The notes beneath the pieces were generated by a model. That model ran no database searches. It was not told the DNA's origin and saw only the letters and a program-made list of their open reading frames with translations. A stretch of 45,769 nucleotides of DNA, from assembly GCA_002367275.1 (NCBI GenBank), contig DFBE01000066.1, forward strand, positions 1 through 45,769, in the 5' to 3' direction. The DNA is from Dehalococcoidia bacterium UBA3088 (GTDB lineage: Bacteria; Chloroflexota; Dehalococcoidia; UBA2247; UBA3088). Positions within the stretch are counted from its first letter, which is position 1. Each line of letters begins with the position of its first letter. A program made the position numbers and the translations under genes. This document shows positions 17,469 to 27,882 of the stretch, in pieces.

Positions 17469-19490
17469 ATGCCTAACCGACTGATAAACGAGAGCAGTCC
17501 CTATCTGTTACAGCACGCACATAACCCTGTGGATTGGTATCCCTGGGGTGATGAAGCGCTAGAACGCGCCCGGAAGGAGGACAAACCTATCTTTCTGAGT
17601 ATAGGCTATTCTGCCTGCCATTGGTGCCACGTCATGGAAAGGGAATGCTTCCAAGATGTCACTATTGCCCATCTCATGAATGAGCACTTTATGTGCATTA
17701 AGGTGGACCGCGAGGAACGCCCCGACATAGACCATATATATATGGAAGCCGTACAGGCCATGACCGCCAGCGGTGGCTGGCCGTTGACTGTATTTCTCAC
17801 TCCTGAAGGGAAGCCCTTCCACGGTGGCACTTACTTCCCACCTGAAGATAGATATAACATGCCTGGTTTACCCCGAGTCATCAAAGCTGTCACCGAAGCA
17901 TACTATCATCACCGCAATGATATTGAGCAGGCAGCTAAGCAGATAGTGACGGCGTTGACTTCAAATACCAAGATCGATGCCATTGGAGAGCTGTTAGTAG
18001 CCGACATTCTTAAGCAAGCTTATGAGGGTTTGAACCGGAAATTCGACAAGGAAAACGGTGGATTTGGCACGACACCTAAATTTCCCCAGCCGATGACGCT
18101 CGAGTTTGTTTTGAGATACTTCCACTGCAGTCAAAATGCAGATGCTCTAAAAATGGCAGACTTAACCCTGGAGAAGATGGCTAAGGGCGGAATCTATGAC
18201 CAAATAGGTGGCGGCTTTCATCGTTACGCTACGGATAGACACTGGCTAGTGCCTCATTTTGAAAAGATGTTATATGATAATGCACTACTCAGCCAGGTTT
18301 ATCTGCATGCTTACTTAGTCACAGGCAAGACGTTATTCCGCTCCATTGTCGAGGAAACTCTGGACTATGTACTCAGAGAAATGACTGACCCGCAGGGCGG
18401 TTTTTATAGCACTCAGGATGCCGATAGTGAAGGAATGGAGGGTAAATATTATTTGTGGATGCCTTGGGAAATTACTGAGGTAGTGGGTGAGAAGCCCGGT
18501 CAGCTAGTCAATGATTATTTTGGAGTTACCACCAGGGGTAATTTTAATGGTCGAAATATCCTCCATGTCGTTGATGATTATCGTGAGGAAACGTTAAGTC
18601 TCATAGGAAGGGCTAAGTTATCTTTGCTAAGGAGGCGGGAACACAGAGTCAAACCAGGTCGTGACGAGAAAGTATTAGCTTCATGGAATGGACTTATGTT
18701 AGTTAGTCTGGCTGAGGCAGCTTGCGCACTTGACCGCCAGGATTATTTAGCTACCGCCATAGCCAATGGTTCATTTTTACTAAATTCAATGATTACTGAT
18801 GGATATCTCAAGCATACATACAAGGATGGCAAGACTAATATAGATGGCTATCTTCAGGACTATGCCTTAGTTATTGATGGACTTTTGGCCCTGCACCAGG
18901 CTACCTTTGCCGGAGAGTGGTTGAGGCAAGCTATCAGGTTGAGTGAAGTCATGATTGAACAATTTTGGAACGAGGCTACGGGCACATTATACGATGTAAG
19001 CCGAAGCCATCAAGATTTGTTTGTCCGCCCCAAGAACATGCTCGATGGGGCACTGCCGTCAGGTGCTTCAGCTGCTACCCTGACTCTACTCAGATTAGCC
19101 AGGCTAATCGACAATGAACGCTTTGAACAAATAGCAGTGTGTTCGCTTCAGTCAGTACGAGAGTCTATGGTTCAACAACCCCTTGGCTTCAATAACTGGC
19201 TTTGTGCCCTGGACTTCTACCTATCCCAACCGGAAGAAATCGTCATCATAGGTGCCAGACACAAGCCGGCAACCTTAGAGCTATTACGTACCCTATGCAC
19301 TACATGGCTACCCAATAAAGTAGTAGCCGCTTATGATCCCAATGACCCTACTGCAGTATCAGGGTTGAAACTAATTGAGAATAGACAAATGATTAACAAC
19401 CAGCCTACAGTCTATGTATGTCGGCAACATATCTGTCAAACACCAGTTACCGACCCGTCCTCACTCGGTGTCCAACTAACCCATGTTTGA
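17469..19490 (+). CDS. Thioredoxin-domain protein YyaL/DUF255 with (alpha/alpha)6 barrel
   Basis: [48 protein letters not shown] is the hallmark N-terminus of this family. 673 aa. Confidence 0.88.
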   Translation: MPNRLINESSPYLLQHAHNPVDWYPWGDEALERARKEDKPIFLSIGYSACHWCHVMERECFQDVTIAHLMNEHFMCIKVDREERPDIDHIYMEAVQAMTASGGWPLTVFLTPEGKPFHGGTYFPPEDRYNMPGLPRVIKAVTEAYYHHRNDIEQAAKQIVTALTSNTKIDAIGELLVADILKQAYEGLNRKFDKENGGFGTTPKFPQPMTLEFVLRYFHCSQNADALKMADLTLEKMAKGGIYDQIGGGFHRYATDRHWLVPHFEKMLYDNALLSQVYLHAYLVTGKTLFRSIVEETLDYVLREMTDPQGGFYSTQDADSEGMEGKYYLWMPWEITEVVGEKPGQLVNDYFGVTTRGNFNGRNILHVVDDYREETLSLIGRAKLSLLRRREHRVKPGRDEKVLASWNGLMLVSLAEAACALDRQDYLATAIANGSFLLNSMITDGYLKHTYKDGKTNIDGYLQDYALVIDGLLALHQATFAGEWLRQAIRLSEVMIEQFWNEATGTLYDVSRSHQDLFVRPKNMLDGALPSGASAATLTLLRLARLIDNERFEQIAVCSLQSVRESMVQQPLGFNNWLCALDFYLSQPEEIVIIGARHKPATLELLRTLCTTWLPNKVVAAYDPNDPTAVSGLKLIENRQMINNQPTVYVCRQHICQTPVTDPSSLGVQLTHV

Positions 19491-19570
19491 CAATTGGGGT
19501 ACCAGTCCAGCTTTGAGCAGGGCTTTATCCAAAGCTAGCATACTAGGAAGATGGACACTGCAAGCAGCAC

Positions 19571-20330
19571 GTGGTGGTCAACCTGGGGTGCAAAGACCTT
19601 CTGGCTCCTCACCTGGACAGCCTGGTACGTTTGTTGGGAGGTGGAAGGAATGACAGCGGTTGGATCAGAGCCAGCCAGGTGAACCCCCATGAGGCAACGT
19701 GTTGGTGCCCGGTGCTGGCAGTGAGGGCTCTATGGCAGGAGCTAGGGTTGGATGATATTCTGGATGGCTGTGAAGGACAGAAGCGGACACAGCGCATACC
19801 CCTGGCAGACCGAGCTTTTGTTCTGGCCGCCGGTCGGCTGTGCTGTCCAAGTAGTGGGCATGGGTTGGCTAGAGAGAGACTATGTATGTGATCGCCAGGG
19901 GAGGCGTTGGTTACCCCGGTGGGAGCAGCGTGATAGAGTGCAACGGGAGGGGATCTACTAGATCATCAATAAGGCAGTGGGTCCGATGAGCAAGAGTGCC
20001 CGGCAAAAACCGGAGGAGGGGAGGAAGCACCTAAGGCGCCGGAGAAGATCGGGGCGGCGGCAGATCGAATTCTCTCCTCTCACCATGGTCAACGCTACTA
20101 TGAACATCCCAACCTGGGTGAGGAGAAGGCCTATGAAGACAAATACCTGATCCAGACAGAGGAGCAAAGGCTCACACCGGTAGAAGCAGTGGAAGCTTAC
20201 AAGGAACTGAGTGAAGTAGAGAGGACCTTTCGCTGCCTAAAGGATGTCATCAAGATGCATCCTATCTACCACCGTAGCAATCGTAACACAATAGACAAAA
20301 TCCAGCAGCCAGATGGATGACTACTGCTTT
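19571..20330 (+). pseudogene. IS1634/IS4-family transposase remnant; multiple frameshifts and the DDE core deleted
   Basis: N-terminal-like ALWQELGLDDILD...PLADRAFVLAAGRLC is in one frame. C-terminal-like KYLIQTEEQRLTPVEAVEAYKELSEVERTFRCLKDVIKMHPIYHR is in another. Only ~0.8 kb remains of an expected ~1.6 kb. Confidence 0.65.
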
Positions 20331-20353
20331 GCTACCTGGAAAGTAAAGTAAGC

Positions 20354-20653
20354 TTACCTTAAATGTATAGTTGCGCGGGTCCTCCCAAAACCTGAAATTA
20401 AGGAAACTTCAAGAGAGGAAGCCAAGGGATTAAAAAACCAATTCTCACGCTTACCATTGTTTGCCTTTCTTGCTCCATTACGCAGCACCTCAAGAGCTCC
20501 TTCCCTGGCCATTCTCGCCCATCGATAGAATTGGGTATGGGCAATCTGATGGCGTCGACATACCTCACTTACCGTAGCTCCTGATTGTCTCCCATTCACC
20601 ACTATCTTCAGTTTCTGCTCAGCACTCATGCGTCTACCTTGATTTCCCTCCAT
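20354..20653 (-). pseudogene. IS3-family transposase orfA (HTH) remnant
   Basis: MSAEQKLKIV...SGATVSEVCRRHQIAHTQFYRWAR is the IS3 OrfA helix-turn-helix. The sequence degenerates afterwards and there is no orfB. Confidence 0.65.
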
Positions 20654-20784
20654 GTTGTTCCCCCCTTTGCCTGGTTATTTATTATACTTTCACCAGGGGG
20701 TGTATCATTTTTTCTCAAAGCTAGTTGTCCGACTTCCATTGAAGCACAACACAAAACATCTAATTTTAAAGCATTAGGGCTTCT

Positions 20785-21034
20785 TTGGTCCTGCTTGTCG
20801 ATCCCGCTGGCGGGAATCGAAGCCTGTGGTCAAAGGAAGAGGGCGCTGCTTACATCAACCAGGGGATTACTGGATCAGCTAGTGGCAGCTACCGTTTCTC
20901 ATACTCTGAGAAGCACGCTGGAGATGCTGGGCAGGCTGGGTCTCCTCATCGTTGATGAACTGGGTTACATGCCCATAGACACTCAGAAAGGCGACCTCTC
21001 CTTCCAACGGTCCCAACCATCGCATCCAGGATAA
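20785..21034 (+). pseudogene. IS21-family IstB helper ATPase fragment
   Basis: LAGIEACGQRKRALLTSTRGLLDQL...LGLLIVDELGYMPIDTQKGDLSFQ matches the IstB region around Walker B. No Walker A, no C-terminus and no istA. Confidence 0.6.
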
Positions 21035-21229
21035 GCTAGAAAGTGTAAAGAAAAGAGATTGAACAAACGAGCTTAGTGTGATATCCTATATCCCAGTTTC
21101 TGGTTCTGGGTGGGTCACTTTTGGAGTAACTTTTGTGGAGAATTTAGATGAGGTGAAACAAGTGATAGCTACTACCTGGAGTGAACTCTCCAGGAGGATA
21201 AGCTATGCCAAGGGCTGGTCTGAATAGCT

Positions 21230-22093
21230 GTGAGAATGAAAGAGTCTGATTTACTCCAAAATGAGAGGATAGAATATTCCCTGAGGCCTCATCCACTATC
21301 CTTCTTTGGAAGGTATCTGATAGCAGCATTAGTCTTTGTTTGGTCAATCCTCGCTTACTATTTTCTCAAATGGACCGGTACTTATGATCTCTTTCCTGAA
21401 GATTTTGAGCAAATGTCCCTTTACCTTTGGACGTGGACAGGTGGAATTCTTGCTCTAGGCGTGATAATCGGTGTCCTCACCATAGAATGGAAGTACTCCC
21501 TCTATTATCTTGTCCTACTGCTTGTTGGCTGGATAATTATGCTGCGTTGGCAGATATTAGACCTTCGCTTTGTTTTCGCCTATTCATTCCTTGGCACGCT
21601 AATAGGAATAGTCTCAACCGAGATGGTCAGAAGGAGTCACCAGTTCTTCCTGACCAACCGAAGGTTGTTGCTCCAGGGAGGGATATTCAACAAATTTGAA
21701 AGGGCTATATCCCATGATAACATCACTGATGTATCTGGCCGGCAATCGCTTATGGGAAGGGCTTTTAAATATGGCTCTCTCACTCCGATAACCGCATCTG
21801 GATTTGGCCTTGGTGCTGACCAGTCTGGTGCAGGTGGAGCAGTTGGTCCAAGTTCGAGGGTTGCTGGAATTCCTGTGCTGCGAAGGTTCTCGTATTTCTT
21901 TGGTGGAGGGAGGTCAAGACAAACACCCCGGACAAGATCCTACTACGAACTTTTCGGTGTCCACCCGTATGCTGAAGTGAGGAAGACATTCCTTGAAAAG
22001 GTCCGGGAATTTTCCAGGAGTTCTCAGGTCGAAAAGCAGGTGGAGATCCAGGAGCAGATCCTTGAAGAGCTCAGGAAGAGGGCCAATAAGTAA
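21230..22093 (+). CDS. Membrane protein with bacterial PH (bPH_2/YdbS-like) domain
   Basis: About four hydrophobic segments, then FFLTNRRLLLQGGIFNKFERAISHDNITDVSGRQSLMGRAFKYGSL. The ATG at 21236 is an alternative start. Confidence 0.7.
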   Translation: MRMKESDLLQNERIEYSLRPHPLSFFGRYLIAALVFVWSILAYYFLKWTGTYDLFPEDFEQMSLYLWTWTGGILALGVIIGVLTIEWKYSLYYLVLLLVGWIIMLRWQILDLRFVFAYSFLGTLIGIVSTEMVRRSHQFFLTNRRLLLQGGIFNKFERAISHDNITDVSGRQSLMGRAFKYGSLTPITASGFGLGADQSGAGGAVGPSSRVAGIPVLRRFSYFFGGGRSRQTPRTRSYYELFGVHPYAEVRKTFLEKVREFSRSSQVEKQVEIQEQILEELRKRANK

Positions 22094-22544
22094 ATGAGAG
22101 ACACTCAAAGGAGCAGCCTTTTCTCTCTGCTAAAACCGTCGACTAAGGCCACTTTTTGGCTTGAGTTCAAGAGATTGAGCTCGGGAAACTCGAGTTCTTA
22201 ACATGCTTTTCCCCTGTCGCGGTGATAGGCAGGGAACAAGTCCCTTCCCTCCCCACTCTTCGAGGGCTACCTTTCTTCCTTTCCCTCGATGGTGGTATCC
22301 TTTTCATGGTGTAAGATTCTCCTTTCCGAGCTTTTAGGCCCTACTTATTTCCGGAAGTATCTTACACCAATCCACTTTTACACTAAACCTGAAAGTGCGC
22401 CAAGACAAAGCCTCATTCATCCAGGGGGTGAGATTCCCTCCCTGCGTAGTTTCGTAGTCTAATCAAAGTAACCATTTTTAGGAGTTCACTCCTGTGCACT
22501 GCTCCCAAACCAGGAGGTTTAGGCAGTAGTAATCTTTCCAGTTC

Positions 22545-24257
22545 TTGAGTGAGAAAATGAACTGGTGTAGACTAATTTTGAGAGGGGAGGTGGAGATGCA
22601 TGAGGACGAGATAGCAATTCAGCAAGCTACCCAGAGTACGGGGGCAGACACAAATTTGCAGAGCATAGCAGATTGCATAGAAGACGAGCTTCTGATCATT
22701 GATAGAGGATACCATATCAGGTTTGTTAACTCAGCCATGCAGCGAAGATTGCCACAAAGCTATGTACCTGTGGGAAAGCGCTGTTACAAGGTCTTCGAGG
22801 GCAGGGATAATCCATGCAACTCCCCCATATGGGAGTGCCCTCTTACGAAGGTACTCCAAAACGGTAGCCCAGCGACCATCGTTCACCCAGACCACCCTGC
22901 CGGTGCAGGCGGTGCTTCCAGTAGGTATATCAAAATCACCATGTACCCGCTCAGGGATAGCCACGGCGATATCAATGCCTTTGTTGAGTTAAGAAGGGAT
23001 GTCAGCGCAGAAAGGGAACTGGAAAGGCAAATTCTAAGGCGCCATCACCACCTCTATGCTTTGAGCCGCATTTCAGGTGCTGTGAGTGGGCTGCGGGATC
23101 TAGACACCATCCTGGATGTCTCCCTTGGCGCTGTGCTGGAGATTTTCGACAGCACAGTAGGAGGAGTTCTGCTCTTTGATGAAGCAAATCAGCGCCTACG
23201 CTACCGGGCGTATCGCGGTCTGCCTGCCAAACATGTGGAACGGATGCAGATGGGCCCAGGAGAAGGAGTAGCAGGAAGGGTAGCTCAAACTGGGGAACCC
23301 ATTATAGTGGAGGATATTTCTAAGGACCCCCGGGCGGCTTACCCGGACCTAGCGAGCACAGAAGGTCTTAAGGGGTTTGCCAGTATTCCCCTGAAAGCAA
23401 AGGAAAAGGTTGTGGGCGTGATGAATATTGCTATCCATTCACCAGGACAATTTGGCACCTACGATTTGTATCTCCTGAACTCCATTGGCTACCAGGTAGG
23501 CACTGCAGTTGAGCAGGCAAGGCTATACCAAAGGCTAGAAAGGGCAGATAAAAGGCATCAGACACTTCTCCAACATGCTCTGACTGCTCAAGAGGAGGAA
23601 CGAAGGAGAATTGCCCGGGAGCTACATGATGAGACGAGTCAGGCAATTACCAGCCTGACTCTAAACCTCCAGGCTACTATAGCCACAGCGGAAATGAAAG
23701 GCGTTGTTGATGCAGAGTTAATGGACAGGATTAAAAAGACGCAATCTCTGGCGGTTCATGCCGGCAATGAGATAGTAAGGATTATGAAGGAACTGCGCCC
23801 TACCTTGCTGGATGAGCTCGGATTGGCTACGGCAATCAATCGGTATGCTAAGGATAGCCTTGAACCCCGAGGGATTAATATATCTATGGAATTTAGAGGC
23901 ATGGATGAGCGCCTACCATCAGATCTTGAACTAATGCTTTTCCGTGTCGCCCAGGGGGCGATAGGCAACATCCTGGAACACTCAAAGGCGAAAAATGCCT
24001 CTATCACACTGGAGTGCAATGCCCGTGAGTGTGTATTACACATTGAGGATGATGGTAAAGGTTTCGCTGTCAGTAAGATTACAAAGGTGGATCGTAGCGG
24101 CCGGGGCGCAGGCTTATTCACCATGAAAGAGAGGGTGAATCTGATAGGTGGCGCCTGTAGTGTTAAGTCCCAGCCAGGGAAGGGGACAAAAGTGGTGGTG
24201 GAAGTTCCACTGGTAGGAAACACGCTAGATGCAGAAGACAACCGTGCTGATAGTTGA
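22545..24257 (+). CDS. Cytoplasmic sensor histidine kinase: PAS - GAF - HisKA_3 - HATPase_c
   Basis: EEERRRIARELHDETSQ (HisKA_3 H-box) and GRGAGLFTMKERV / GKGTKV (G-boxes). GAF region GEGVAGRVAQTGEPIIVEDI. No TM segments. The likely true start is the ATG at 22596 (GGAGGTGGAG upstream). Confidence 0.88.
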   Translation: MSEKMNWCRLILRGEVEMHEDEIAIQQATQSTGADTNLQSIADCIEDELLIIDRGYHIRFVNSAMQRRLPQSYVPVGKRCYKVFEGRDNPCNSPIWECPLTKVLQNGSPATIVHPDHPAGAGGASSRYIKITMYPLRDSHGDINAFVELRRDVSAERELERQILRRHHHLYALSRISGAVSGLRDLDTILDVSLGAVLEIFDSTVGGVLLFDEANQRLRYRAYRGLPAKHVERMQMGPGEGVAGRVAQTGEPIIVEDISKDPRAAYPDLASTEGLKGFASIPLKAKEKVVGVMNIAIHSPGQFGTYDLYLLNSIGYQVGTAVEQARLYQRLERADKRHQTLLQHALTAQEEERRRIARELHDETSQAITSLTLNLQATIATAEMKGVVDAELMDRIKKTQSLAVHAGNEIVRIMKELRPTLLDELGLATAINRYAKDSLEPRGINISMEFRGMDERLPSDLELMLFRVAQGAIGNILEHSKAKNASITLECNARECVLHIEDDGKGFAVSKITKVDRSGRGAGLFTMKERVNLIGGACSVKSQPGKGTKVVVEVPLVGNTLDAEDNRADS

Positions 24258-24882
24258 TGACCACACTCTGATACGGGACGGGATCCGTGCTCTGCTGGAG
24301 TCAGTGGCAGACATAAAAGTGGTGGGTGAGGCAGTAAATGGAAAGGAAGCCCTGGACAAGGTAAAAGAGCTTATACCGCAGGTAGTGCTTATGGACCTGG
24401 CGATGCCCATCATGGGCGGACTGGAGGCAACGCGTCGAATACGTAGAGAATTCCCAGAAACAAAGATACTGGCACTAACCCAGTATGATGATAGGGAGTA
24501 TATCATCCCTATTATCGAGGCGGGGGCCCGTGGTTTCATCAGTAAGATGGCGGCATTTTCGGAGCTTGCTTCAGCTATTCAGGCTGTATCCCAGGGAGAT
24601 TCCTTTCTATCTCCCTCAGCGGCAGCAGCCCTGGTTGAGGAGTGTCAACAGAAGTCCACTGTAGAAGGGGAAAGGGATTCTTACCAGCAGTTGACCAATA
24701 GGGAGAGGGAGGTGCTTAAGCTGGTTACTGAAGGATATACTGCTAAGGAAATAGCCAGTATGCTGGTAATCAGTCTGAGAACAGCGGAGGCATACAAAAC
24801 TAGCTTGATGAGAAAGCTGAACATTCGTAACAAGGCCGATCTCATCAGATTCGCCATACGGAAGGGTGTCATAACCCTGTAA
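24229..24882 (+). CDS. NarL/FixJ-type response regulator (REC + LuxR HTH)
   Basis: VLIVDDH...VVLMDLAMP...LALTQ...FISK receiver. C-terminal LTNREREVLKLVTEGYTAKEIA HTH. Overlaps the kinase stop by 29 nt. Confidence 0.92.
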   Translation: MQKTTVLIVDDHTLIRDGIRALLESVADIKVVGEAVNGKEALDKVKELIPQVVLMDLAMPIMGGLEATRRIRREFPETKILALTQYDDREYIIPIIEAGARGFISKMAAFSELASAIQAVSQGDSFLSPSAAAALVEECQQKSTVEGERDSYQQLTNREREVLKLVTEGYTAKEIASMLVISLRTAEAYKTSLMRKLNIRNKADLIRFAIRKGVITL

Positions 24883-25063
24883 CGGTATAAGTAAAAACTC
24901 CTCATTTATTACCAAAATCTCCTTCCTCGACCCTGAGGTTTTCACGTTCCAAAATAGGGGTTAATTCTGTCAAAATTGCTGAGTAAAACCCACCCTTATC
25001 CTTGGGGATTCCCTCTTTTGCCTGGCTCAGGGGCATGTTAGCCTATAATCAAATGGTTTCTGT

Positions 25064-27202
25064 TTGGGAGGGGGTCTAATGTATTCAGTTTCAATGTATG
25101 AAACCAAGGATTACCCAACCGATCGAGGAGAGAAAATTTCTTTTGACCGCAGTCTTATACCGCCCTGCCAGGCTGCCTGCCCTCTACACATGGAAATCAG
25201 AGAGTATGTTGATTTGATTGCTCAGGGGAAGGTGATGGAGGCATTACGGGTTATAAGAAACGACAACCCCTTTCCCTCCATCTGTGCTCATGTCTGTACT
25301 CATCCTTGTGAGAATGCCTGCCGGCGCAGCCAGGTAGATAAACCTATCGCTATCCGGGCGTTGAAGAGGTTTGCTGTGGAATTCGGTGGAGATAGGATGG
25401 TTCAGGGCGAAGCTGAGACTATGCGTAGTGAAAGGGTTGCCATAGTAGGCTCCGGTCCGGCAGGGCTGGCCTGCGCCTATTATCTAAGAAAACTCGGCTA
25501 CCCAGTGACCATCTTCGAAGCCCATTCAGAACTGGGAGGTATGTTGCGAGTGGGTATCCCTCAATACCGCCTTCCCCGAGAGGTACTCGATACTGAAGTT
25601 CAAAGACTAATCCAGATGGGAGTTGAAATCAGGAGGAATACACGGGTGGTGTCCCTGGATCTGCTATTCGGGATGGGTTATAAGGTCATCTTTTTAACCC
25701 TGGGTGCTCATCAGGGCCTCAGAATGGGGGTAGAGGGAGAGGAGAGCCCGGGGGTAGTGGATGGAGCAACTTTTCTCCGCGAAGTGAACCTGGGACTTAA
25801 GCCATCTCTTGGGGAGAAAGCTGCTGTGGTGGGAGGAGGAAATGTAGCTATTGATGCCGCTCGTACTGCTCTCAGGTTAGGGACGAAAAGGGTGGTCATT
25901 CTATATCGGCGTAGTCGAGCAGAAATGCCCGCCGATCCCACAGAAGTGGAGCAAGCCCTGGAGGAAGGGGTGGAGGTCCAGTTTCTGGTGACACCGACTA
26001 AAATTAAACGGGCAAATGGACACTTAAGCGTAACCTGCATGCGGATGGAGCTTGGCGATCCAGATGCCGGAGGTAGGCGTCGACCAGTTCCCATCAAGGA
26101 CAGCGAGTTCGATGAAGAATTCGATACTCTGGTTACCGCCATCGGGCAGGCCCCCCAGATCCCCGAGGATTTCCATCTTCGTATGGGCAGAGGTAGCACT
26201 GTTCAGGTTGACCCGGCTACGCTTACTACTAATCGGGCGGGAGTCTTTGCTGGAGGGGATGCCGTCACTGGGCCGGCCACCGTAGTTGAGGCTTTAGCCG
26301 CAGGCAGGCAAGCAGCCCTCCGCATTGATGATTACCTTCAGCATAGATACCCGTTGGCCAACAAAGAAGTGAGGGAAGGTTTGGCTGGTGACCTCCTCCC
26401 CAAAACCTTAGACATGGTAAAGAAAACCAGCCGGCTTGAGCCGCAGGTTCTTCCCCCTGAAGCAAGAGGAAAGAACTTTGAGCCAGTGGAGCTGGTCTAC
26501 AACTGGGAAGCTGCCATCAATGAAGCAAGGAGGTGCCTCCGCTGTGGCATGGGTGCTGAAATTCTGTTCCAGGACAAGTGTGCTACCTGTCTTACCTGCC
26601 TCAGGGTCTGCCCCTATAATGTACCCTACCTGGATGAAGGTGGCGTAATCCAGATACCCGCTGATCAGTGTCAGGCTTGTGGCATATGCGTTACCCAATG
26701 CCCGGCGGGAGCGATAGTTTTGCGTAAGCCGTATGACCGACGACATGTAGCTAGTGAGCTAGACCATGCTCTCAGGTCGGCAGCAGAATCCAAGTTCAAG
26801 CCCTTCATTATCGGCTTTTGTTGCCAGTATGGACTGTTTGGCACCGGGGCCCTGGCAAGCCTCTGGAGGAGAGCTAAGGCTGGCATCTGGATAGTGCCTG
26901 TTCTTTGTGTCGCCAAGGTGGAGGCAGAGCACATATTACGTGCCTTTGAGATGGGAGCGGAGGGTGTTTTCATTGCCGGGTGTGGGGAGCAGTGTGCCAG
27001 AGAGAAGACTGCTTTCTGGGTATCGCAGCAAGTGGAGAAGGTAAGGAAGGTGCTGGTTCAGCTTGGCCTCGCATCAGAGCGTGTACAGATGTTTAATCTA
27101 TATGCCGGGGATGAAGACCCCGCTCATGCTCTGGATGAGTTTACCGAGAAAATAGGTGGGCTCTATCTGGCTTCAGTAATAAAGCAGGAGGTGAAAAGTT
27201 GA
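25064..27202 (+). CDS. GltD/NfnB-like NAD(P)H flavoprotein fused to a 2x[4Fe-4S] ferredoxin domain and a C-terminal MvhD/FlpD domain
   Basis: CQAACPLHMEIREY...ICAHVCTHPCENACRR, VAIVGSGPAGLACAYYL and VVGGGNVAIDAAR. CLRCGMG...CATCLTCLRVCP and CQACGICVTQCP (about nt 26530-26725). FIIGFCCQYG...VLCVAKVEAEHILRAFEMGAEGVFIAGCGEQC (about nt 26800-27200). Probable start is the ATG at 25079 (GGGAGGGGG upstream). Confidence 0.85.
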   Translation: MGGGLMYSVSMYETKDYPTDRGEKISFDRSLIPPCQAACPLHMEIREYVDLIAQGKVMEALRVIRNDNPFPSICAHVCTHPCENACRRSQVDKPIAIRALKRFAVEFGGDRMVQGEAETMRSERVAIVGSGPAGLACAYYLRKLGYPVTIFEAHSELGGMLRVGIPQYRLPREVLDTEVQRLIQMGVEIRRNTRVVSLDLLFGMGYKVIFLTLGAHQGLRMGVEGEESPGVVDGATFLREVNLGLKPSLGEKAAVVGGGNVAIDAARTALRLGTKRVVILYRRSRAEMPADPTEVEQALEEGVEVQFLVTPTKIKRANGHLSVTCMRMELGDPDAGGRRRPVPIKDSEFDEEFDTLVTAIGQAPQIPEDFHLRMGRGSTVQVDPATLTTNRAGVFAGGDAVTGPATVVEALAAGRQAALRIDDYLQHRYPLANKEVREGLAGDLLPKTLDMVKKTSRLEPQVLPPEARGKNFEPVELVYNWEAAINEARRCLRCGMGAEILFQDKCATCLTCLRVCPYNVPYLDEGGVIQIPADQCQACGICVTQCPAGAIVLRKPYDRRHVASELDHALRSAAESKFKPFIIGFCCQYGLFGTGALASLWRRAKAGIWIVPVLCVAKVEAEHILRAFEMGAEGVFIAGCGEQCAREKTAFWVSQQVEKVRKVLVQLGLASERVQMFNLYAGDEDPAHALDEFTEKIGGLYLASVIKQEVKS

Positions 27203-27882
27203 TAGTCGCGCAGCAGAAGCCCCTGGAGGAAATAAGGCGGCTCATTGCGCCTTATGAGAAAATATTGATTCTGGGCTGTGGCACTTGTGTGACGGTGTGT
27301 GGTGCTGGTGGTGAGCGTGAGGTCTCTTTCCTTCATGGCGCATTGCGAGTTGCCCAGGTGAAGGGTGGAGATGGGGTTCATGCCTTTTTGGAGTATACCG
27401 TAAAAAGGCAATGTGATCGTGAATTCCTGGATCCACTTGGTGATAGGGTGAGTGAGGTAGACGCCATTCTTTCCCTGGGCTGCGGCGTTGGGGTGCAGGT
27501 CGTGGCCGAGCGTTTCCCGGATGTACCTGCTCTGCCCGGTGTTAATACATCCTTCATGGGTGCAACTGAGCAAGGGGGAGTCTGGGATGAACGATGTGCT
27601 GCCTGCGGTGACTGCAGACTGGCTGAGACGGCGGGTATTTGCCCTATCACCAGATGTACTAAGGGGATACTCAACGGCCCCTGCGCTGGCACTAAGAACG
27701 GTAAGTGTGAGGCAAACAAGGATATAGACTGTGCCTGGGTCCTGATCTACAAACGCCTGGAGAGTCTGGGGCAACTGGATAAAATACGTCGATACTATCC
27801 TCCCCGGAACTTCCGGACGATCCCCCGGCCAAGAAGGTTGGCAGGCATAACTAGCATTGACCTGGGAGGAAGCAATGGCTAA
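27199..27882 (+). CDS. metV: MetV, Cys-rich small subunit of acetogen-type methylene-THF reductase (MTHFR_C domain)
   Basis: TTG start 6 nt after AGGAGGTG, overlapping the upstream TGA. ILILGCGTCVTVCGAGG and CAACGDCRLAETAGICPITRCTKGILNGPCAGTKNGKCE. Confidence 0.85.
   Translation: MIVAQQKPLEEIRRLIAPYEKILILGCGTCVTVCGAGGEREVSFLHGALRVAQVKGGDGVHAFLEYTVKRQCDREFLDPLGDRVSEVDAILSLGCGVGVQVVAERFPDVPALPGVNTSFMGATEQGGVWDERCAACGDCRLAETAGICPITRCTKGILNGPCAGTKNGKCEANKDIDCAWVLIYKRLESLGQLDKIRRYYPPRNFRTIPRPRRLAGITSIDLGGSNG

Noticed and set aside
19571-20167. Track ORFs 19571..19891 (+), 19752..19961 (+) and 19958..20167 (-) as intact small genes.
   Set aside because: They lie inside the frameshifted transposase remnant. 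The plus-strand pieces are fragments of one degraded gene and the minus-strand one is a shadow ORF.
20806-20826. tRNA-like T-arm string (CGGGAATCGAAGCC) suggesting a tRNA gene or integration target next to the IS fragments.
   Set aside because: The flanking sequence cannot form T-stem, acceptor or anticodon arms. The segment translates as part of the IstB-like fragment (PLAGIEACGQ).
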